A stretch of DNA of 64,000 bases from Takakia lepidozioides (taxonomy: Eukaryota; Plantae; Bryophyta), in the NCBI GenBank assembly GCA_030704615.1, contig CM060731.1, positions 46,004,001-46,068,000 of the forward strand. Direction: 5' to 3'. Positions 47,948-59,414 of this stretch are shown here, one piece after another. The notes beneath the pieces were generated by a model, which was not told the DNA's origin, did no database searches, and was given only the letters and a program-made list of their open reading frames with translations. Made by a program: the position numbers and the translations under genes. Numbering within the stretch: position 1 is the stretch's first letter; each line of letters begins with the position of its first letter.

Positions 47948-50356
47948 GATAGAGAGATGAAACTCACTACAGTATCCTTGGCAGAACTTCTAGGTCTAAC
48001 AGTGAGGGGTCTTCTGCTGAATGGAGGGACACAGTTGGAAAAACAGTTCCTATGATTCAAAACAGCCCTGATGAACTGGAGTATATTTCAATGGCTTATA
48101 ATGCTCCCATTAGTTCTTCTGAGATTGTGGAAGCAATTGAACATTTAAATGGATATAAAGCTGGTGGACCTGATGGTATTGTCAACGAGCTTATCAAGCA
48201 CGGTGGCGATCCCATGATAGAGGCCCTAGTTCTCCTCTTTAACCTTATCTGGAAGACTGAAATGATCCCCTTTCGCTGGCGACAGGGGGTCATTGTCAAT
48301 CTATACAAGAAGGGTGACAGAGAAGAACCGGGGAACTACCGTGGCATCACGCTCCTCAATGCTGTTGGCAAGACAATCTGCAGAGTTATAAGTACTCGTC
48401 TCGAGGTTGATCTGGAGTCTAGAGGTTGTTTCCACGAAGGCCAAGCTGGCTTTCGGCGAACAGGGGCTGTGTGGATCATATCTTCACTCTAAGCCAGATT
48501 ATCCAGGGAAGGAAAAAAGAAGGGAAACCCACTTATGTTTTTTTCCTGGATGTCAAAAAGGCTCATGACACACTGTGGAGAGATGGCCTATGGTTCCGCC
48601 TCTGGTCTTGTGGAATCAAGGGAAAGATGTGGAGAGTTGTCCACAACTTGTATGCTCACACCAAAAGCTGTGTCACTGTTAACGGACAGAAGTCCAACTT
48701 CTTTGACATAGACCAAGGTGTAGCTCAAGGATGTACTCTCTCCCCTCTGCTCTTCAATGTTTTCATCAATCAACTCCGCGAGGATGTGGAAAGTGAGGGA
48801 TTTGGGTTAAGGGTGGGTGATACCACCATACCAGCCCTTATGTTTGCGGATGACTTCGCAGGCATAGGGGAGACTCCAACCAATCTCCAGGAGTTGATTG
48901 ATTGCGCGAAGAGATACTTTGATCTTTGGGGCTAGAGGCTAATGTCAGCAAAGGGCAGTGGTAGCATTCAACGACAGAGGAGAGGGAGGAAGTGATCTTA
49001 AGTGGCAGTGGGGTAGCCAAGAGATCCCGGTCCTCCCTTCCTACACTTACCTGGGCGTTGAGTTTTCCTCCAATTGTAATTGGGATGCACATATCCGGAA
49101 AGTTGTTCAAACTGGCAAGGGCAAAGCTCTGGGGCTCACTAAATTTTTCCACTGCAGAGGGGTCAACTCTGAGGTTAAGAAAACCATGCTTTGTCGCGTT
49201 ATTAGACCTGCCTTGGAGTACGGATCTGCTATATGGGTTGATAACTCCAACCAGGCTAAGTCTCTAGAATCCATTCAAGTGGGGGTGCTTAAGGAGTGTA
49301 TGTCAGCATGCTCCAAAACAGCCAATGTGGCTGTTCGGGGTGAGTTTGGCATTCCGTCCTTAAGCTCCCGACGAGATGAATTCAAGGTCAGATGGTGGGG
49401 TCAGCTGCAACATATGCCCAACACCAGATATCATAAGTTAATCGCTTCTATATCTTGGAAACAGGACCGCCCTGTCAAACAGGCTAAGTCCTGGCAGAAG
49501 AGAGTAGAAGAGATCCTCAAGGACCTGGACCTGGATCCGCAAGTCTTGACCCTGCTGGATAAATCTGACTTAGAGGCTGTAGTGTCCTCAGCCATGTCTG
49601 TTGCCATGAGATTGTCTGATGAAAATGAAGTCAGGCAGAAAACTTCCCTGAACTTGTTTCCAGTCTGTGACATGGGGGAGGACATCTTGGATGACCTCAA
49701 GGGTCTACCCACTCTCGCACTAGACTGAAATTTAAACTCAGGGCTGGAAGCCTACCTTTGAACAGCAAACAGAAGCAGAGAGGAAAGGGAGAGTGCAATT
49801 GCCCGCTGTGTGGGCAATCTGAAGACAGTATTCACTTTCCGATACACTGTCCGGGGTTCTCTCACCAAAGAGACGCTCTCTTCAAATCTATCAAGGGAAT
49901 TGTGCCTGTACCCCTGTTTAACAACTTTGAAAGTCTTGAGGCTGAGCCAAAAGCCCAGGCCCTCCTGAGGCCTAGTTTTTGGGCAAATCACACACAGCAG
50001 ATTGATGCTTGTGTGAAGGGATTTCTAGAGGATATCTGGAAAACCCGGATTAATTCTTTATATGGAGGTAAGTCTCACTACCAACGTCAGCCCCTGACAG
50101 AGGTAGGTTCTGTCCCTTTTGTTCCCGCTCAAACTGGGCGCGGGGTCAATGGCCACAAGGCTACGGCAAACAACGTCTTATGAGTACAATCTCTCTAGAT
50201 AGCTGATATGCTATGGTTTCGGGTAAATTGCCCCCCAGTTAGCCTTCACGGCCTCGCTAGTAGTTATTTTTTCCACCGTTATGTGAACTTTTATTTAAGT
50301 TAATTTGATCAGAAGGGCCTCTGTCCCCTTTCCTACCCAAACAAAAAAAAAAAAAA
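42200..50356 (+). mobile_element. Degenerate near-full-length L1-clade LINE (ORF1 zinc knuckle, EN, RT, zf-RVT, poly(A)), interrupted by a nested LINE
   Basis: ORF1 remnants GRGFYLALF..KVFLFPW and CFVCNGEGHIRSNCP (~42700); endonuclease WVVGGDFN (~43728), LDKFY, FDHSAV; RT NYRPITLLN, DQTGF, LDFKKAFDSIDW, RQGCPL, MYADD; zf-RVT CSLC..ESIEHCLTEC; poly(A) at about 50343-50356. Many stops and frameshifts; 5' boundary uncertain. Confidence 0.85.
47958..50189 (+). mobile_element. CT-targeting LINE copy (5'-truncated, ~2.2 kb) nested in the (CT)n of the L1 3' UTR
   Basis: Near-identical to 8490-10708 apart from small indels. It follows (CT)n at 47914-47946. TSD tctctctagatag at about 47940-47952 and 50190-50202. 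Ends TGA-GTACAA. Confidence 0.92.
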
Positions 50357-50359
50357 CAA

Positions 50360-50640
50360 CTGTGCCACTATGCATTACTTATATTTGCAATTCAACGTTG
50401 CACTATGCAACGGAGCCCTCTCTAAACCATTCTCTCTCCAGCGCTCAGTTCGCCAGGGCTGCCACAAGTGGCACCATTCATGTTCCTCATTGTCGCTGAT
50501 TTACTGGGTTACACGTTGCAGCAAAATAGGGCTATATCTGGGCTCACTAATTGCATTACACAACAGCACACTCAGGTCATATACTCCATGTTCGTAGATG
50601 ACACCTTCTTTATGCTGCAGGCAGCTGCAAATATACCATA
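50360..50640 (+). mobile_element. Older degraded L1 RT fragment
   Basis: NGALSKPFSLQRSVRQGC... and YSMFVDDT motifs directly after the L1 poly(A) and abutting the HET gene stop. Confidence 0.7.
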
Positions 50641-50687
50641 TTTGTAGCTAAGAAAAAGTATTGTGTAATAGCCAAGTTCCACGAGTT

Positions 50688-53239
50688 TCACAAAAGATAC
50701 CACTGCGTATTCTCGTGCAAAAATTCGCACCGAATTGAAGTATGAGTGGCGTAGTTGCCCACGTCTCCATCTGTACCTGCCTTGTCACCGTCATCTCTAA
50801 CCGAAGCCTTCGCCAGAGCGCCAGTGACAACCGATTCATCGTCTTCGACATCCTTCCAAGAGCCGTCGAGCAAGGCGGAAGGATTCATCAACAGAACGCT
50901 TGCGAGGCATTCATGGCGCAAGCGTATGTACTCAAATCCATCTCCACTATCCCGCTTCACCTCCCTGACAATCCCGATCACCGCGTCGTGCGAGGGTCGT
51001 CCTAAAGATGCTTGCAAGTGGTTGGTTTTCTGCAGAAAATCTTCAATCTCCACCTTTCCGTTGGGAAAGCCCAAGGCGGCCTCAGCCTCCTTGCGTCGCT
51101 CGTCTTCGAACGTCGTCCTCATTATGACCGCGTAGTCCTCTCCCCGTGCCCAATAAAGAGGCTGCTGCAGCTTTTCCCGATCTGGGATGATGACATTGAT
51201 TTGTAAGATGAGGGGCTCGCTACCGGCTTGAGGGATATGGGCGGTGAATTGGGTGGAGAAGGCTGTTTGGTCGGTGACAGGTTTTGGGATGAAGAGTCCA
51301 GGCGAATTCAGCGATAGTCCCTGCTGGGTTAGAGTCGCCTGACTTTCGACATCCCTGGCGAAGCCGTCCTGAGGTATCCCCAAAAGAGATTCCGGCGCCC
51401 ATCGGAAGCCTTCTCTTTGTACTCGGGCATGCGTGTTGAAGATGATGTCGAAGGGATATTCCTTCAGCATGGACAGGAAGATCACCATACAGTGCTCTTC
51501 AAGCTCTTTTCCATTCCCGGCGGCCTTTAGAATATCTTTCGGATCTAGGCCCATGATACCGCAAACGCACAGCGTCTGATCAGCCAATTTTGAGGTCGTG
51601 CGGAACTGGAGCGCCTTGATCATCGGCGGCAATGCTTGGTCGATGGTCTTAAAAAGCCCAAGCTTGAGGAAATCATGGAGGATGACAAACTCTCCCATAT
51701 TTTTCGCCGACGATTCATGTGGAAACGTGATGCAGTGCCCGTCCTCGGTCGACTTATCCTTGCCGTCAGCGAACCCGCCGATATCTTCACGAAAACTTAG
51801 TGCTTGATCTTTAAACTGCAAAAGCAACTCGTTCGCGAGGATTCCCTCCTGGAACGTCCACAACCGATGGTTCCAATTGGAGAAATACAGACAGACACTC
51901 TTCTGGAGGTCGTTCGCTGTTGATGGCACTCTTCGAATGTCAGACGATAGCACGAGCACCGCAGACGCATATCTATAAGTACCTTTTAGTCCCCGGATGG
52001 CAAGCTGTCGATGCCCCTTTAGATCTTTCGCGACGGGTATACAGAGAGTGTCCATCCAAAAGTGGCTTGGGTTGCCCTTCGCCTTGCCAGATTCTGCAGC
52101 TGCGTTCACCACCTTTTGAATCTGTGATACTTGGCATCGCCGCAAACAATTATGAGTCGGATTGCCCATTCCATCGGACCACCTGTTCATACAAGTTTGT
52201 CAGTTTCACAAATCAAGTATAGCCAATTCGATCGGTTGCTTAGGTAGGAAGCTTACACGTGGGAGATTGCTATGTACTGTGGTGAATCCGACTTGTCCTT
52301 ATCAAAGGTCGCAACTTGTAGTTTCTGTTCCGCTTCGCTCCAGCAGATGATCGGCGTACCTCCGTCGTCCATGATTGCAACGACACGACTCACATCGACG
52401 TAGACGTCTTCGCAGCCATCGCAGTTTTCCGCATGTGCCCTCTGGTACGTCGCTTCATTAATATTTTGCGCGACACATGTGTCCTCCGTGCAACCCCTGC
52501 TCGCGTGCATCGCTTTCCCCTGCGGATTCGGTAACGCTGCGATATAGTAATGCCCATCGATGCCCATATCCGAGAGACTTCTCCGAACATCCATCGGACA
52601 CCAACCTTGCGCCAGCATCCGATTCTTCAAAAGGATGGAATACCCCCACCTGTTCGAGGTTCGTTTAATGTCGTGGAACGACAGCATGGCTTGCTTGAGG
52701 GTATGCCCGAGCGCGATGATGGACATGGAGATCTCCTCGGTAAGCGGCCATTTCGCGTGCTCAGGTTTCGCGATCTCCGTCAGACGAGGACGGCCGGGCG
52801 TGGCGCAATAGTAGTTGACGTACTTTGATAGCTCGCTCAGGATGGTCTCCGTCTCCATGAGCCACCTTTCCAAACGACGCTTGTGTTTGCGATCCTTCTC
52901 TTTCTGGACCTTTTTCCTCCATTTGCGTATCTTGGACGGCAGATACTTGGTTGTAATGCACCTTTTATTTTCATCTAGGAATTCGGCGGGGTTCGCTTTG
53001 ACCCCGTTCACTGCGAGGACTTCGATCACGCACCCAAAGTAGAGCCAAGTTTGGAAAAAGTCTTGCACTTCAGCTGCGGATCTACCGCCAAACGAATTTT
53101 CACCTCGCAGGTCTTCTTTGGACCAGTTCCGCCGACTCGGATAGCATAGGAACCCGCCTTCTCCAGAACTGTACTCAAGGGATGTGGCATTTGGGACACG
53201 GATATGTTGAACGCCGTCTGGCAGAGCGAAGTGATCCAT
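50688..53239 (-). CDS. Fungal-type HET-domain (heterokaryon incompatibility, PF06985-like) protein, ~825 aa, two exons
   Basis: Exon 1 53239-52257 and exon 2 52182-50688 total 2478 nt with an open frame. HET motifs are joined across the intron: YIAISHV|WSDGMGN, FWMDTLCIP, AIR..KGTYRYASAVLVL, SNWNHRLWTFQEG, RTTSKLADQTLC, GFRWAPESLL. The N-terminus has FFQTWLYFG, GWCP and a Cys/His cluster (H..CTEDTC...H..NC.GC). Confidence 0.9.
52183..52256 (-). other. 74-nt fungal-style spliceosomal intron in the HET gene
   Basis: GTAAGC donor, ACTGAC branch site close to the AACAG acceptor. Splicing restores the SHVW motif. Confidence 0.88.
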
Positions 53240-55189
53240 ATTAAGCAGCACACTATCTCGCAAAACCTTTACTACCACAAGCAATAGTTAAATTTCCCCT
53301 GGAAAGATGGTCTTGTAATATTATAACATTAGCGCTTTTCAATCCACGATGGTTGAAACACGAACTGCGTCAAGCAACAAACACCGGATGCCGGAGTTTA
53401 GTTCAGAACAACTTACGCACGCGGCCACAAATCACTGGAGGGAGGAAACAACATAGTGCAGATTTGTGAAATCAGGGCAGAAGTATGCTTGAGTTATCAG
53501 AGTAAGAGAAAAAAATGTAACTGAGGTCAGAAGGGATACAATACCTTGGATGGCGAGAACAGCGCCCTGTGATGTCGAAGGAACGATTGCAAAGGCTTGT
53601 TCAATATATCCTGGCAAACACAGGAGAAGAAGGAGTCAAGGAGAGGTAGGAGCCAATTTAGCAGCTGACAAAAGGGTTAGGTATTCAGATTCATAAAAGA
53701 AACGATGCTGTAGAACATGGTGGATTTAAAAAGTGAAGCAACCAAGGAGCTACAGGTACAACGTTAGCTTCAGTCATGGGACAGTATGGTAAACACAGTG
53801 GATTAAGCTCACTGGCACCTCATGCTCATTGGTAAACGCAGGACTGGAACAATCATCACCTGGAGCAACTCGCGCCAGCTCAAAATGGAACAGTCTACCA
53901 AGAGCAAGCTCCACGGGGACAAGGTCAAGATCATGTATCAGACAACAGAAAAGAACCAGAGGTTTTGCCATGCAGCACAACGCACCACAGCTCTAGCTCC
54001 TTAGAGGCAGTTACAGATGCAAAAGCTGATGGCTTCAAGGAGAATCAGCACAGCTCACAAGTTGTTGAAGTTGCAGCTGATGGCTTGGAGGAGAAAGTTG
54101 TGCATGTGAAACTATCCACCACCCCCATGTCCCTACAAGGAAAAGTGATGTCCAGTTCTTTGGGAAAACCTGGCTCATCCAAGTCTGGGCTCATAATAAG
54201 CTCTCCAACGACCACAGCTGAGATCGCAAGTCCTCTTTGCAGCTCACTAAGAGCAAGGTAGCACTAGTTGCTATCCACTCCTTAACAGTGATAAAGAAAC
54301 AATGACATATGAAATCAAAGCACTTTCTGAGTTTTTCTCCTAACGTGTCAAGGAAAATGAAAGAATTGGTCATTTCAGGTCTTTGTTAGGAATAGAGGAG
54401 TTACCTTTGCTCCGAAGCGAAACAGAAAATTTCAAACACTTGCCACACTGAGGACCTCAGCTGAGAGCCTACAAGGTCTTCAAGTTGCCAGAGTTCTGCC
54501 AGAAATCATGCATTTTGTGTTCTAGCCTGACAATGTTCACTGAACACTTGTACTGTTAGAATTGTTCCCCCAAGCGAAGCAAATACAGGAAATTGGGATA
54601 CTGCAGGATTTATAGTGGGAACAAGGAGCCACATTCATCTTTGAAGCCAAAAACACTGGAAGGGGAATTGGCTGCATCAGATCCATTGGTCGCAACACCT
54701 GCTGGTCTTGGAGGAAAGAGCCAAAGTTTAACAGTACTGAGGAGCTCCCCTCGGTTATCTGCAACCTTATCCCAGAAACGGAAGCCAACACAGGTTTGTG
54801 CACATCTATGTGAGCTTAATGCTCTCACTTCAGCAGGAGTTGCAGTTGGTAGGTCTGCAGTCTTGGTGAAAATTGGTTGTACCATTAAAATCCCAGAAGA
54901 GTCTATCTTACTGATTATACCTTCCTATGACAATCTGTTGACATCGGCACTAGTACTTATATGAGCACTGTATTTTCCAGGCACTTGTGTTGGATGAAAA
55001 GAAACAGCTTCGGCCACCAGTGATTTTTAAAGAGGGCAATGCATTGGGCTCTTCGAAAAGTGGAGGAGAGGCGGAGGAGAGGCGAACTGTAGAAGTAACG
55101 AGTCTGACAATGCTGGTCGGCATCGATATGTCCGCAACTGAAATATTAGTTGCATTATCAAAACTCGGGTAGGGGAAGACGCGGATTAC

Positions 55190-55470
55190 GCCTTTTTTTT
55201 TAATTCGGAAAATAGCAAGAGTGGCTACAGAGTTTTGCCAAAATAAGGCATATATTCTGTTCATCCATTCAAAATAGGACAGAACCATCCACATCCGGAA
55301 TTTCATCCATTTATATCATCAACATTTGACGAATTCATCCATAATAATTATTGTTTTTGGAGAAATTTGGAGATTTCATCCATGAAAAAACATGGAATTT
55401 GCTACGGAATATTCTTTTCTATTTTTTGAGGTCGCCATTTGGCGAAAATTCGCCAAAAACAAAACGCCGC
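55190..55470. mobile_element. Non-autonomous hAT-like MITE, copy A (decayed left end)
   Basis: Direct homolog of 58022-58269 (ggaaaatagcaagagt.gctacagagttttgc...gatttcatccatgaaaaaac...ggcga..attcgcca). Confidence 0.75.
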
Positions 55471-56899
55471 CTGTCCCCTTTTATCTTTAAGAAAAAAAAG
55501 TGTTAACCTTGTCTGAATGTTATTTTTTCCCTACTCCCGACTGTTAACATTTATCCAGGGAGACTTGGTCTGCCCTGTTACTTCTATAAACGTTAAACTG
55601 CCATAAATGTTAAGATACTCCTACTTGTGCTGCACACTAACAAATGTTAAGTCTTATTTGTTAACAATTGTTGAGTCTTTGTCATAATCTCTAATTTATT
55701 GTGGCTTCTATTAATTAATTGATTCATGTTTGCTGTTTTTTTTTTGGGGCCCCACCTTTGCAGAGCCCACAATTTACTAATTTAGTAAGTAGTAGGTAGT
55801 AAAGAGGGGGCCCTCCCTTATATACCCTCTGGGGCAGTGAGACCCTTCTAGAAGCCAGCCCACCGGGGGACCCTTCTAGAAGGCCTTACACACATGTTAA
55901 CCCTACAAGATTCCCTATTCTAAATTTGGCCAATTCCTCCCTTTTTTTTTTGGACTCCCTATCTCATTCCCTAATACACGGAGCGCCCCATATCTAACTC
56001 CTGGGCCACACTAATTCCTGGACCACTCTAGAATCAGGGCTGAATGAAACGGCTCTACATATCATATTTGGCATTATACGTATTTTGGCCTGAGGTTGAA
56101 CGTCAAGCCTAAGAGAATATTGTCTCTAGCATAAAGAATCTTATCTTGAGGATGAAAACGATTCTCTTAATAATGTCTTTGAAAACAAATCTTATCTGGA
56201 GATTAAATATTAGTCTAAAGTCCTATGGTTTTTGGCATGTTGTCTTCAGGTCCATAGTACAATGTGTTTTGCAATCTTTTCCGTACCTGTGGAGCCCACA
56301 GGGTATCGGTAGAAGCACGTTGGTGATAAATGGCACACAGTCGCAGGCTTGGGCCTTCCTGTCCTGTCCTGGAGTCCTGGCAGCAGCAGCCAATCATGCC
56401 GACAGGCCACAGCCCTGTTTCTCATGTTATTACATACATATACTAACATCCATCCTGTCTGGCATACCCTAATCTCTGACATTTTATTAACTTGTTGCGA
56501 CAGCATTGATGGTTATAACACTATATGTAGCTGCAATCTCTGTGCTCCCACGAGGCTCTCGTGAAAGTTGAAACTGTGGTTACATTATGATCCATAAATG
56601 TGAGGGTCTGGAGTTGCAAGTAATCGGATTCCAGAATGTAAACTAGATATTATACATGTGCACACTGGTAAGGTAGTCCTGTGTCATGTGCTTGGAAATA
56701 AAGCTTTGCAGGATTTTAATCATCTCCCTGTGAAGTTCAAAGATCGCTATGTACCTTGTGCGAACTTCCCAATGACGCTGGCTCAAAGTTTATATCCCTC
56801 ACCTCGAAGAGAGAAGTGGGTCTGGTAGAGTGTTTCAAAAGTACATTGTGTGTAGCTGTGCGTGCTGATCTGAGATTGATGTTTTTTTCTTACCTTCAC

Positions 56900-58003
56900 A
56901 CGCCCGCGAATTTTTGGTAGTGACGCTGGTCTCCAAGCAGCGCTCCTTCCGAGGAGGCTTCACACCCCTGGCCACACATGTTGGCCCGCCCCTCCATGTC
57001 TTCATGTAGCTCGCCAAAACTGGCTCGCCCATTGCCCCTAAACTTTTCCTTTTCCCTTTGCCCTTCCCTGCCCGGACCTGCACGCACGTCCCCATTATGC
57101 AATATGGGGGAATGATAAGAACAACTTTACATAGGGTATTCTAATATTATTTGGATTAAGCAGTTTTAAACTTGATATGAACAACCTTCCGAAAGGTATC
57201 CATCACGAATGACCTAATGATAGGAACAACCATCGATAAGGTATTAAACACATTTGTTTCGATTTTTATGCAAGTTAAAAAATGACACGGAATCCGAAGG
57301 GTACACCAATATGTTTAGATAGAGCAATTTTAAAATTGAGATGAACAACCTCCGCCCGATTTCAATGCGCATGACCTAATGGTAAGAACAACCTTCCTTA
57401 AGGTATTAAACAAATTTATTTGGATTTATTCAAGTTTAAAAATGAGTCACAATAACCTTCCAAAGGGTACTCTAACATTATTTAGATTAAGCAATTTTAA
57501 ACTTGACATGCACAACCTTCCGAAAGGTAACCATTGGAGATGACCTGATGGCAAAAACAACCTTCCGTAGTATTACACATATTTGTTTGAACATTATGTA
57601 AGTTAAAAAATGATTGAAACAACCTTCAGGAGGGTATACCAATATGTTTGGATTTAACAATTCTAGAATTGATATATTTTTGGTTTATATTCAATCTTAA
57701 AATGAGCCTGGTTAGAGTTAGCAATTTTAGAGTACCCTCTGGAAGGTTGTTCTCCCCAAATTGCATAATGGTGAAGTGTGTGCAAGGTCCGGGCAGGGAA
57801 GGGCAAAGGGTAAAGCAAAAGTTTACGGGCAATGGGCGAGCCAGTTTTGGCGAGCTACACGAAGACGTGGAGGGGCGGGCCCACATGTGTGGCCGGGGGT
57901 GTGAAGCCTCCTCGGGAGGGGCGCTGCTTGTAGACGCGCTGATGGCCCCTGGGAGACTAGGGAGCCACCGTCGTTACGACGCGGCTACCGAAAATTCGCG
58001 GGC
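56900..58003. mobile_element. Foldback / Mutator-like element with ~200-bp inverted arms and internal ~165-bp tandem repeats
   Basis: About 56900-57110 is the reverse complement of about 57753-58003 (e.g. gtagctcgccaaaactggctcgcccattgccc vs gggcaatgggcgagccagttttggcgagctac). The interior has roughly three units rich in ACAACCTTCC..AAGGTA. Confidence 0.8.
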
Positions 58004-58021
58004 CTTCACACAACATGGGGT

Positions 58022-58269
58022 CAGTGCTTTTTTATGAAATTTGGAAAATAGCAAGAGTAGCTACAGAGTTTTGCAGGATATAGCCATTTATTCTGTTCAT
58101 CCACCTATGTGCCATCATCCATATTTGGCGAATTCATCCATTTTTTATTTTTTATTTGGAGAAATTTGGCGATTTCATCCATGAAAAAACAGTGGATTTG
58201 CGACAGAAAATTCGATTTTATTTTTTGAGGTCGAAATCTGGCGATTATTCGCCACTAAAAGAATGGCTG
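58022..58269. mobile_element. hAT-type MITE, copy B, with 8-bp TSD
   Basis: CAGTGCTTTTTT...AAAAGAATGGCTG ends, flanked by perfect catggggt duplications at 58014-58021 and 58270-58277. Confidence 0.82.
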
Positions 58270-58720
58270 CATGGGGTCAGCGTTATTGTGTGCTTATGTA
58301 GCGTTTCCGAAAAGAACGGTGGGCTCGGATCGAAACCCAAGAGCACATGGAGACAGCGTGATGCAGACGCGTCGTCCACTGGGCCCCAACGGCCATCAGT
58401 CCACAGTCCAAACCAAGCACCGCATTCTTGCAGTATATTATATTACGGTATTACTGCTATTGTGATTCTGCGGCCCCACTGCCCAGATGAAGCTCGCTCC
58501 CCTGGAAGCATCAGTCGGAGACTCGTTTCAAGTCCCTCAGGTACCTGCAAAAGCATACAGACAACGACTCATCCACTGAAGAAGTACATCAATCAATTCA
58601 ATGATCATTGTACTTCTTAGTCAAAAGGGGTTTAATAACTGTGGAAGCCTGTCCGAACAACCGAACCTCTGATTGCCACTGGCCAGGCACCAAACTCTGG
58701 AGTCTGCAATGCTCTTGAGC

Positions 58721-58830
58721 ATAAAGATAAAGATAAAGATTCTTTACCGTCCAGTGAATTTACAGAGCCTACTGCTCAACACACAAGCCATCGAGGGCCC
58801 AATGGGCGGTCTGAAGGCACATGTTGAAGG
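58721..58830 (-). mobile_element. 3' end of a retroposon (LINE/SINE) with a (TTTATC)n tail
   Basis: Reverse complement of 63395-63492 (ggccctcgatggc..gtgttgagcagtaggctctgtaaattca.tggacg.taaaga..ctttatc repeats). Confidence 0.65.
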
Positions 58831-59414
58831 ATTGAACCCAGGATCACCTAGGTTATGCACAGGCAAGGCACAGACACCCAACCAGTGGGCTACCTGCTCA
58901 AGTGCATAGAACGCTATGCATAAGTATTATGTTGTGAGGGCCACTTGTAAAAACATGATACCGACTGCACCCAGAGAATAATGAGGTTGACTTGGTACAA
59001 GTCGGTGGAGTCTGGCTGCAGCTGGCTGTGCACTTTGAATCAATGGCACCAGTTCCCATCCAAATAGCTGTTGACATGTATGCCGCTGCAAACTCAAGGG
59101 AAAACTACCCCAGACTAGGGGTTTCAAATGGTTAAGTTACATACTGCAGTGGGATGATCCGTTGCCGATCAAAACACCCAGAAACAAACTCGTTGATTAT
59201 GACGTTTATACAGTACAATCCTGCCTAACCTTCCCGCTCTCACCTCTGATGAGTCCCACCGAGAGTCCAGAGAAGAGTTTGTCAGTCATCTCCTTTGTTA
59301 GTGACAGTGGGTCGCACGAATGTATGGAACACTTGCTTGAGAAGGTCGAACCATAAGCAGTAACGTAAGTTAGCAGAGGTTGTTAGCATTGCTTATCTTT
59401 GCAACCTCTCAGTG

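Noticed and set aside
48426-49760. Frameshifts in the young LINE copy as possible programmed recoding
   Set aside because: Copy 1 is open at the same positions, so these are post-insertion indels or sequencing errors.
53240-53284. Longer HET N-terminus from a TTG start in the ORF track
   Set aside because: Non-ATG start; the first ATG at 53239 (MDHF..P) is the more plausible start.
57115-57660. Regularly spaced ACAACCTTCC motifs resembling a CRISPR array
   Set aside because: The intervening sequences are themselves repeated with ~165-bp period, repeats are degenerate, there are no cas genes, and the context is eukaryotic.
57648-58037. Similar short ORFs at 57648-58037 (+) and 56896-57102 (-)
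   Set aside because: Translations of the two arms of the inverted repeat, not genes.
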